A stretch of DNA of 32,000 nt from Flavobacteriaceae bacterium (GTDB taxonomy: Bacteria; Bacteroidota; Bacteroidia; Flavobacteriales; Flavobacteriaceae): assembly GCA_965224465.1 (NCBI GenBank), contig OZ245049.1:150001-182000 (forward strand), given 5' to 3'. The notes under the pieces were generated by a model. That model was given only the letters and a program-made list of their open reading frames with translations. It searched no databases and was not told where the DNA came from. Positions within the stretch are counted from its first letter, which is position 1, and every line of letters begins with the position of its first letter. The translations under genes were made by a program, and so were the position numbers. Of this stretch, positions 8,541 through 16,373 are shown piece after piece.

Positions 8541-10663
8541 GTGTGCCCAGCATGGGCATCTTTTAACTACGGAAAGGTAGTTAATTAATCTAGAGGGTGC
8601 AAGTCCCTTATGTGCAGGAGTAACGTTCTGAAACATTAGTAAGTCGCAAGGGTGAAAACCGTGAGGTTTTATCTGAAGATTATTTGCGATTGAGGAATGA
8701 GTAAATACCCTACAAAGCTCGGTACTGACGAACAGAAACCGTATACAGAGGTATAATTACTTGGGTAAGTAAACACATCATTGCAACGCCCAAAAGAATA
8801 CTAAAAGGGTAGTTATGTAGATACGGCAGTGATTGAGTGAACTGTAGCGAAGTGGAACTCAAGAACACCTCTAAAAAATAAAAAGGAGGTGAATAAAGAA
8901 GATGTCATTACCTGGGGAGGTCTCCAAAGCCAGGAGTTGGTTCTATGGAGAAGTCAGCAGACGTCATAGTACCTATGGGAAACGAGTTGAGGAAAGACCT
9001 CAGATGGTCTCACAAATAGGGAAGGACAGAACATTAAATTACGTTGAAATTCAATTAGGATGCCTAGCTAGCCTAGTTTTAAACCAACAGGAGTACCCGA
9101 ATTATTTAACCTATGATTGACAAAGTACTAGAAGCTACCAACCTTTTTAAAGCAGCACGTCAAGTGAAGCGAAATAAAGGAGCTAGCGGAGTTGATGGTA
9201 TGAACCATCCGAGAAGAAATATTCCTAAGAAAGACTATTTATCTTCGGATGCTCTATGTGACCGATTTAAATAAATAAAACCGTCACATAAAAGTAACGG
9301 AACTTTCAACTTATATAGTTGAAAACCGTTCAGACATACTAACAACGATCCGTAAGAATAGCTATGTTCCAAACTCAATCTTAGGAGTAAGCATTCCAAA
9401 AGGCAAGGGTAAAACCAGACTTTTAGGAATCCCAACAGTAGTAGATAGATGGCTACAGCAAGCGGTAAGCCAACAATTAATGGTTCAGTTCGAATTTGAT
9501 TTTGAGCCACTTAGTTTTGGGTTATTCACAGCTTTTTATTTTAGGGAGTTCATGAGCTCCCGTTGGTCGGTTTAGACCACAAAAGAACATTCAAAAAGCA
9601 GTACTACAAGCTCAACAGTATATCAATAATGGTTACCAAGATATTGTAGATATTGACCTTAAAGGGTTCTTTGATGAAGTGGACCATTGTATCCTACTAC
9701 AACTTATTTACCACAGGGTAAAATGTCCAACAACCATGCGTTTAATCCGAAAATGGCTTAGAGTTCCTATTTTAATAAATGGGAAACTTCAAAAGCGTAG
9801 AAAAGGAATCCCGCAAGGAAGCCCAATTAGTCCCTTACTATCTAACATAATGTTAGACGTCTTGGATAAAGAAATGAAAAGAATGGGTTTACGGTACGTC
9901 CGCTACGCAGATGATTTTAGCATTTACGCAAAGACCAAACGTGAGGCGAAACAAATAGGGAATACGTTGTTTGTCTTCTTAAAAGACAAATTAAAACTAC
10001 CTATAAATAAAGCCAAAAGTGGCATTCGTAGACCCGTAAACTTTGAGTTACTAGGACATGGCTTTGTGCCAGTCTACAAAAAGGGAGTAAAAGGACAATA
10101 TATACTAGTAGTAGCAAAGAAAAGTTGGGCAAAGTTTAAGCGTAACCTAAAGAGTATTACCAAGAAAACCAAACCAATGTCATTGTCGGAACGTTTAGAA
10201 CGGCTTAATCAAGTCTGCCGAGGCTGGATGAATAATTACCGTTTAACCAACATCTATGCAAAAGTTAAAAAGCTAGATGAGTGGATAAGAAATCGGTTGC
10301 GATATTGTATTTGGCACGATTGGAAAAAACTCGAACGAAAACGTAAAAACCTAATCAGATTAGGAATAGAGAATGGACAAGCATACGCTTGGAGTAGAAC
10401 CAGAATGGGAGGATGGGCAGTAGCCCAAAGTCCAATTTTAAAGACTACCATTACCAAATCTAGACTTGTACGAAAAGGGTATAAACCTTTGATAGATTAC
10501 ATTAATAATACGCAGACTTCAATTTTTTGAACCGCCGTATAGGTTCATGAGAATTAGAAGTATTTTTATACTTATAATTAGAGATGACCGAGCGAAGCTT
10601 TCGTACGTACGGTGGTGTGAGAGGCGCAGTGGCAACTATTCAGTTGTCACCCGTCTACTCGAT
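8541..10663 (+). mobile_element. Full-length bacterial group II intron (~2.1 kb) with a decayed reverse transcriptase/maturase ORF and no En domain
   Basis: The 5' end is GUGUGCCCAGCAUGGG (compare Ll.LtrB, GUGCGCCCAGAUAGGG). A domain V-like sequence, ACCGAGCGAAGCUUUCGUACGUACGGU, lies at ~10596-10622. Domain VI has a bulged A at 10657, 7 nt from a terminal ..GAU. The RT ORF sits in domain IV. Confidence 0.9.
9113..10530 (+). pseudogene. Group II intron RT/maturase, disrupted by at least two frameshifting insertions
   Basis: Three collinear pieces lie in three frames. Piece 1 is MIDKVLE..GASGVDGMN (9113-9205, frame 2). Piece 2 is VTELSTYIV..IPKGKGKTRLLGIPTVVDRWLQQA..FEP (9294-~9510, frame 3). 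Piece 3 is RFRPQKN..IPQGSPISPLLSN..RYADDFSIYA..RGWMNNYR (9556-10530, frame 1). Confidence 0.85.
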
Positions 10664-10801
10664 TAGGTGTCTGGCTTTTCTTTCCGCAAACTTGCTAGCG
10701 TTGGCAGAAGACATACTCTTTGACAAGTTTTGGATTTAGCGGTTGGTTTTTTAGCGACTTGGCAATGTGTATGGCTTTGTGCGTTGGCTAATTCATTTCA
10801 C

Positions 10802-13657
10802 TTAGTTTCCTGTTATTCCGTTTATAAATGTTTCCACAAATTCAACAATTTGTTTTAATATTTTATCTCCTAATTTTTTTCGTTTCAAAACAGACGGTTT
10901 TTCGCCTTCTATTAAATCCAACACTTCATCTCGCAAAGGTTCTCGTTCTGCGTAGAGATAGTTTTCTATTAGTTTCTGTGTTTTTTCTTCTGATAGATTT
11001 TCGTCTGTAGTTAGCTTTTTAAATGCTTTCTGCTGTTCCTCATTCCAAAATACTTCAAAGGCTTCTGGAATGTTGTCTGTATCTTCTATCGTTGGTAAAT
11101 TTTCTTCTATAAACTGCTGAATTAACTCTCGTTTACTTCTTAGGTTTACTTCTGTATTCAATAAGTTAGAAATTTCCTGTTCGGTTTTGGTTGCGTCTTT
11201 TTGCGTGTCCGATTTTAGTTTCATTAATAACTGAATAATGTAATTCACATTTATTTCGTCTCGGTGAATTAACTCCAATTCAAAATCTACATCTTCTAAA
11301 ATAGAAACTTTCTCAACAGCATTATCGCTTTTCACTTTTTGCCACAAATCCAAATACTTGCTTTTGTAATCTTCAAAAAGTTGTTCGGTCATTGCCAAAT
11401 CTTCCCATTTAAAATCTGAAAAAGAGTTTAGTATGTTCCGAATACGCATTAATTGACGAAACGCCTTAATAAATGCCAACTCATCATCTTCTGAAACTAA
11501 AGCGTTAACGCTGTTTACTGTTGGAGTAATCTTGATTAATTCGATAAAAGCTTCATTAAATTTGTTTACATAATCAACATAAGGTTCCATTATAATTACT
11601 TCAATGGCTTCTTTATTACTAAACAATGTTATGGCTTCATCTGTAGCCTTTTTTAAGTTTCTAAAAACCACAATATTTCCTTGCGATTTTTGTTCGTTTA
11701 GTATTCTATTGGTTCGTGAATAGGCTTGTATTAATCCGTGATATTTTAAGTTTTTATCTACATACAATGTATTTAGCGGTGGACTGTCAAAACCTGTTAA
11801 AAACATATTTACCACTAATAAAATATCAACTTTACGTTCTTTTACTTTCTTAGAAATATCATTGTAATAATTATAAAACGACTGACTGTCTTTGGTAGAA
11901 AACTTAGTGCCAAACATTTTGTTGTAATGTCCAATATATTCGTCTAATTTTTCTCTACTATGCACGTTCATTCCATACAAAGCAGGAGATTCTTCTACAA
12001 CCGAAACTTCTTCTGGAATAAATCCGTTGGCATCTGCATCCTCTTCATTGGCTACATAACTAAAAATGGTTGCAATTTTTAAGTTGTGTTTGCCTTCTTC
12101 TTTTTTCTTCTGAAATAAATCGTAGTATTTTATTAAGTTTTTAACACCACTTACACAAAACATTCCTGTAAACTCTTTTTGATGCGTTTTACGATTGTGA
12201 TTGGCAATAATATAATCGGTAATTTTATCCAAACGCTTTTCACTATCCATTAACTCTTTAGTGTCAATGTCTTCTACTTCAATGTCAATTTCGGTAGCAG
12301 ATTCTTTTCGTTTGTAACGACCTACATATTCTACCGAAAATTTGAGTACATTTTCATCTTTTATGGCATCTGTAATGACGTATTTATGCAAACACTCGCC
12401 AAATAGTTCTTTGGTAGTACGTTTTCCTAATTCATTTTTAACGGCATTGTCTTTAAATATAGGCGTTCCTGTAAAACCAAACATCTGGTTGTTATGGAAA
12501 AAGGCTTTTATTCTGTTGTGGGTTTCTCCAAATTGAGAACGGTGACACTCATCAAAAATAAATACAATTCGCTCATCTTGTAAAGCCTTCATTTTAGACA
12601 AATACTTGGCTTTGCTAATGGCTGTATTTAATTTTTGAATGGTGGTTACTATCAGTTTTGTATCGTCACCAAATTGTTTGACTAACGATTTTGTATTGTC
12701 TGTTCCATCAATACATCCTTTGCTAAAACTGTTAAACTCTTTGGTGGTTTGATAATCTAAATCTTTTCTATCTACCACAAAGACCACTTTTTTTACTTGT
12801 GGCATATTCATAATTATTTGGCTTGCCTTAAAAGAAGTTAAGGTTTTACCCGAACCTGTGGTATGCCAAATGTATGCGTTGTTGTTAGAGTTTTCTACTT
12901 GATTTACTAAGGTTTCTACTGCATAAAATTGATAGGGTCTAAGCACCATTAATATTTTGTGCGTTTCGTTTAGCACAATGTACTTGCTTATCATTTTTGA
13001 AATATGACAAGGCTCTAAAAAATCGCTTGTAAAACCGTTTATAATATTGGTTTGACGTTTATTGGCTGCATCTGTCCAAAAGAACGTTTGTTTAAAAGAT
13101 TGATTTCTGTTATTGGCATAATACTTTGTATTTACACCATTACTAATTATGAATATTTGAACATATTGAAACAAAGCCGATTTTGCACCAAACGAATGCC
13201 GTTGATACCGATTTATTTGGTTAAAGGCTTCTTTCATTTCCAAGCCTCTACGCTTTAGTTCTATTTGTACCAATGGCAAACCATTGATTAGTAAAGTAAC
13301 ATCATAACGGTTTTTGTAACTACCTTCCATAGTAACTTGGTGCGTTACTTGAAACTGGTTTTGACACCAAAAGTCTGTGTTTAGAAACTCAAAATAGAGG
13401 TTATCGCCATTATCTCGCTCAATATGCTGTTTGGCGCGTAGGGTTTTGGCTTTTTCAAAAACAGAACCTTTGCTGAGCATATTTAAAACACGTTCAAATT
13501 CTTTGTCTGAAAACGTAATGTTATTGTGCTTTTCTAATTGTGTTTTTAGATTGACTACTAAAGCGTTTTCATCTTTAATAAGCACTTTTTCGTACTTCAA
13601 TTGTTGCAATTGAGCCACTAATTGATTTTCTAATACTTGTTCTGGTTGTTTGCTCAT
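10802..13657 (-). CDS. hsdR: Type I restriction enzyme R subunit
   Basis: 951 aa. Helicase motifs are present: WHTTGSGKT (motif I) and FDECHRSQ (motif II). It is the last gene of the hsdM..hsdS..hsdR operon. Confidence 0.95.
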   Translation of the reverse strand: MSKQPEQVLENQLVAQLQQLKYEKVLIKDENALVVNLKTQLEKHNNITFSDKEFERVLNMLSKGSVFEKAKTLRAKQHIERDNGDNLYFEFLNTDFWCQNQFQVTHQVTMEGSYKNRYDVTLLINGLPLVQIELKRRGLEMKEAFNQINRYQRHSFGAKSALFQYVQIFIISNGVNTKYYANNRNQSFKQTFFWTDAANKRQTNIINGFTSDFLEPCHISKMISKYIVLNETHKILMVLRPYQFYAVETLVNQVENSNNNAYIWHTTGSGKTLTSFKASQIIMNMPQVKKVVFVVDRKDLDYQTTKEFNSFSKGCIDGTDNTKSLVKQFGDDTKLIVTTIQKLNTAISKAKYLSKMKALQDERIVFIFDECHRSQFGETHNRIKAFFHNNQMFGFTGTPIFKDNAVKNELGKRTTKELFGECLHKYVITDAIKDENVLKFSVEYVGRYKRKESATEIDIEVEDIDTKELMDSEKRLDKITDYIIANHNRKTHQKEFTGMFCVSGVKNLIKYYDLFQKKKEEGKHNLKIATIFSYVANEEDADANGFIPEEVSVVEESPALYGMNVHSREKLDEYIGHYNKMFGTKFSTKDSQSFYNYYNDISKKVKERKVDILLVVNMFLTGFDSPPLNTLYVDKNLKYHGLIQAYSRTNRILNEQKSQGNIVVFRNLKKATDEAITLFSNKEAIEVIIMEPYVDYVNKFNEAFIELIKITPTVNSVNALVSEDDELAFIKAFRQLMRIRNILNSFSDFKWEDLAMTEQLFEDYKSKYLDLWQKVKSDNAVEKVSILEDVDFELELIHRDEINVNYIIQLLMKLKSDTQKDATKTEQEISNLLNTEVNLRSKRELIQQFIEENLPTIEDTDNIPEAFEVFWNEEQQKAFKKLTTDENLSEEKTQKLIENYLYAEREPLRDEVLDLIEGEKPSVLKRKKLGDKILKQIVEFVETFINGITGN

Positions 13658-13660
13658 AGT

Positions 13661-13693
13661 TAATTACGAATTTGAAATTATGAATTACGAATT
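13661..13693. repeat. ATTACGAAT-type palindromic module a (TAATTACGAATTTGAAATTATGAATTACGAATT)
   Basis: It is an inverted repeat (32/33) of 15381-15413, and part of it is complementary to 14031-14060. It spans the stop codon of the four-helix-bundle gene. Confidence 0.9.
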
Positions 13694-14031
13694 GTTCGTT
13701 GGATACTTCCAATAATTTTCAATAATTCGTCTATATCTTTTAAAAGGCTTTCGCTTTGTTCTTTGCTTATATAATCTGTGTCTGTTAATAATCGTATCCA
13801 ATAATGGGTTTCTCTGGCTTCTTTGTATGCAATGGTCAATTTGGCAAAAAAATCTTTTTTACTTTGTCCGCCAATGGCTTCTTCAATATTTGCACCTATA
13901 GAAGTTCCCGAACGTAATAATTGTTTACTCAATACAAATTCCTTTTTTTCTGTGCACAAGTATTGATACACTTTTACAATTCTCACTGCAAAAGCATAAC
14001 TTTTTTCTTGTACTACATTCTCTTTTTTCAT
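13678..14031 (-). CDS. Four-helix-bundle protein (23S rRNA intervening-sequence protein / Avd-like family)
   Basis: 117 aa and all-helical. The motifs SGTSIGANIEEA and AYKEARETHYWIRLL are typical of this family as I recall it. Confidence 0.8.
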   Translation of the reverse strand: MKKENVVQEKSYAFAVRIVKVYQYLCTEKKEFVLSKQLLRSGTSIGANIEEAIGGQSKKDFFAKLTIAYKEARETHYWIRLLTDTDYISKEQSESLLKDIDELLKIIGSIQRTIRNS

Positions 14032-14060
14032 TCGTAATTCGTAATTAAAAATTCATAATT
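14031..14060. repeat. ATTACGAAT-type palindromic module b (TTCGTAATTCGTAATTAAAAATTCATAATT)
   Basis: It abuts the start codon of the four-helix-bundle gene. Its TTCGTAATTCGTAATT stretch pairs 15/16 with AATTATGAATTACGAA in module a. Confidence 0.85.
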
Positions 14061-14062
14061 GA

Positions 14063-15394
14063 TTACACAAACATTTTTTGCAACAAGCCTTTTTTGTAGG
14101 TTTTACTTTGTTCTATTTGCTGATTAACGGCATTTATTTTAGTATCTATTTTGCTTAGAAAATTGGCTATTTTGGTTTGTTCTTGGATTGAAGGGAGTGA
14201 TACTTTTATTTTTAACAAATCCTTAGTGTAAATTGCGGCAACACTTGTTGTTCCTGTTGCTAATTGTCTGAGTTTTTGCAAACCAACTATTGAATTAAAC
14301 CAATAATTCATATAAAAATTATTTTCAAATTTTATTCTCATTAAATTGGAGTTATAATAAGCCTTATCTAATTCATTTCTCCAAATAGAAACTTTTCCGA
14401 CTAATTCCAATGTGTTACGAGTATTAAAGAAAAGATCTCCATATTTCACTAAATCTTTTTCATCAATTACTTCAGAATTATTAATGTATTGTATCTTTTT
14501 TAAAGAAATATCTCCTCTACTTAAATTTCCCATTTTAATTAGAGGATTATTAGTTATAGTATCTGAGTTTGTATAATTACCTCCTAATTTAAAATTGATT
14601 AATAGCTCCCCCAACTTCTTCACTTCCCAATCAGGAAAGTCTTTTCCATTCTCATTTTTAAACCGAATGTAATTAGGAATTACGACTGATGAATTACGAG
14701 TTGTAGCCTCTATTAATTCGTCATTACCCAATTCGTAATTCGTAATTGATTCATTCGTAATTGATTTTTCGCCAACGGCAAAAATCTTTTGCATCATTCC
14801 TTTTTTGTAACTTTCTAATGCGTTTTTCTTGTCTTGTAGTTGGCTTATTTTTTTGTCTACAATGCTAAAGAAATGGGCTATTTTTTGTTGTTCGGGTAGG
14901 GTTGGGAATGGTAAAGGGAGTTTAAGTAAGCTTTCATTTGTAATATTCATTCTATCAAACCTTGCACCATAATTTGCTATAGATTTTAAATACTTATGCC
15001 AAAATGTAGTTTCAAAATATTGTTCGAAAAATGTGAGGTTTCCATTATTAAATCTTAAAACAGTGTAGAGAGGAGACATAACACCTTGTTCAAGATTGTT
15101 TCTTTTTAAAGGTCCAACAGGAGCATTGTTAGATATTCTTGGGTTGTAAATAAAATCGTCAATTTCAGCAATATAATAATTGTTTAAATTAACACTATTT
15201 GCTATTTTTTTATCAAAATAATCTTCTTGGTTTATAATACCTTTTTTTGCCGAATTGGTAAGAACTAAAGAAACTGAAAAATCAGTATTCTTTTTAGTTA
15301 TTCTTTGACCAATTTGTTCCAGTCTTTTCACTTCCCAAACCTCTTTAAATTCAGGAAATCGAACTTGTGGTATTTTGTTTAATTCGTAATTCAT
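14063..15394 (-). CDS. hsdS: Type I restriction enzyme S (specificity) subunit with an atypical ~37-aa insert after the central conserved region
   Basis: 443 aa with two target-recognition halves. Each half is followed by a conserved helix (LPEQQKIAHFF..KKGMMQKIF and LPSIQEQTKIANFL..KKGLLQKMF). Confidence 0.9.
   Translation of the reverse strand: MNYELNKIPQVRFPEFKEVWEVKRLEQIGQRITKKNTDFSVSLVLTNSAKKGIINQEDYFDKKIANSVNLNNYYIAEIDDFIYNPRISNNAPVGPLKRNNLEQGVMSPLYTVLRFNNGNLTFFEQYFETTFWHKYLKSIANYGARFDRMNITNESLLKLPLPFPTLPEQQKIAHFFSIVDKKISQLQDKKNALESYKKGMMQKIFAVGEKSITNESITNYELGNDELIEATTRNSSVVIPNYIRFKNENGKDFPDWEVKKLGELLINFKLGGNYTNSDTITNNPLIKMGNLSRGDISLKKIQYINNSEVIDEKDLVKYGDLFFNTRNTLELVGKVSIWRNELDKAYYNSNLMRIKFENNFYMNYWFNSIVGLQKLRQLATGTTSVAAIYTKDLLKIKVSLPSIQEQTKIANFLSKIDTKINAVNQQIEQSKTYKKGLLQKMFV
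14677..14763. repeat. ORF-less ATTACGAAT-type palindromic element inserted in frame within hsdS
   Basis: GAATTACGACTGATGAATTACGAG faces AATTCGTCATTACCCAATTCGTAATTCGTAATT..CATTCGTAATT across a 14-nt spacer. It is translated as KSITNESITNYELGNDELIEATTRNSSVVIPNY. Confidence 0.85.
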
Positions 15395-15413
15395 AATTTA
15401 AAATTCGTAATTA
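15381..15413. repeat. ATTACGAAT-type palindromic module e (inverted copy of module a)
   Basis: Its reverse complement, TAATTACGAATTTTAAATTATGAATTACGAATT, matches 13661-13693 at 32/33. It contains the hsdS start codon and its first codons (MNYEL). Confidence 0.9.
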
Positions 15414-15512
15414 GTTGCGTGAGGGATAGTAGTGGCATCCTTTTTTGTTTTTTCGCAAAAAAGATATAACGGATAGCCCGACCCTTGGGGCACGCCCAAA
15501 ATATTTGTTTGC

Positions 15513-16364
15513 TTATCCATCATTATTTTTTTTAGGGTTTACTTCTTTGTTGGTATTTTCTAAAAAGGTTTTAGCATTTATAGGGCTTACTACTTTTTTA
15601 CCAGTTCTTGCTTCTAGTTCTAACTTGGCAACCTTGGCAACATTGCCACCTTGTTTTGCTACTGTTTTGCTTTCTGTAAAGTTTTTTGGGTTTACTGCTT
15701 CCGATATATCTTTGGTAGATGCTTCTGCTAGCATATTTAATATGAGCTCGGTATTGGTCATATTATCTCTTAGATTTTCTTTTTTTAAGCCTTTTAAAAT
15801 TTTGTACTCTTTGGTGGTTTTACCTGCCCAACTTTGGGTTATTATATTGGTTAAAGTAGCAAATTGTACTCCTTCTTTTAAGCCTGTTTTTTTCCATTCA
15901 TCTGTCAGTTCCTTACGTATTTCAATACTTTTTAAACGTTGGTTTATCCAATTTTCAGAATACCCTAATTCTAAGTATTGTTTTAAAGCTCTATCAATAC
16001 TAAGTTCAGGGTCTTGTATTTCGTCTAGCCGTTCAGATGCTATTTGTGCCAACCAAAGCTTAAATGGCTCTGCTTTTGGTGATGGTATAGATTGTATGAG
16101 TCTAAATAGTTGTTTGGTATTAGCGACATCTGTTTTTCGCATTTTACCATCTTTAGCCAACATTTTCAAACCGTGACAATTCGTCACGGTTTCATTTCCT
16201 TCTGCTTTAAGTCTTTGCTTTAATTTTCTCCAATAGGCAGTTGGGTCTTTACTATCGGTTAATACCGTAATTACATCAACAATAGAAATAAACCAATCTT
16301 CTTTTTCTGTGTCCCAAATAGTCCTTACGCTACTGTCTTCAAATATTTTAATTTCGTTTTTCAT
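15513..16364 (-). CDS. Bro-N domain / DinD-like (DNA-damage-inducible protein D family) protein
   Basis: 283 aa. The N-terminus (IFEDSSVRTIWDTEKEDWFISIVDVITVL) is Bro-N-like. The C-terminal half resembles DinD (KILKGLKKENLRDNMTNTELILNMLAE). It lies between hsdM and hsdS. Confidence 0.7.
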   Translation of the reverse strand: MKNEIKIFEDSSVRTIWDTEKEDWFISIVDVITVLTDSKDPTAYWRKLKQRLKAEGNETVTNCHGLKMLAKDGKMRKTDVANTKQLFRLIQSIPSPKAEPFKLWLAQIASERLDEIQDPELSIDRALKQYLELGYSENWINQRLKSIEIRKELTDEWKKTGLKEGVQFATLTNIITQSWAGKTTKEYKILKGLKKENLRDNMTNTELILNMLAEASTKDISEAVNPKNFTESKTVAKQGGNVAKVAKLELEARTGKKVVSPINAKTFLENTNKEVNPKKNNDG

Positions 16365-16373
16365 CTTAAATAT

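Noticed and set aside
8902-9510. ORFs of 72 aa (plus strand) and 91 aa (minus strand) inside the group II intron
   Set aside because: They fall within intron domain IV RNA and the decayed RT region. The minus-strand ORF overlaps recognisable RT segments on the plus strand.
12342-13613. Several 60-68-aa plus-strand ORFs within hsdR, and similar short ORFs inside hsdM, the methyltransferase, the GHKL gene and the M16 peptidase gene
   Set aside because: All are antisense or out-of-frame shadows inside long genes with clear motifs.
15445-16176. 243-aa plus-strand ORF
   Set aside because: It lies antisense to, and almost entirely within, the Bro-N/DinD-like gene, which has recognisable motifs. 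Its product is low-complexity (S/L/F-rich), as is typical of shadow ORFs in AT-rich DNA.
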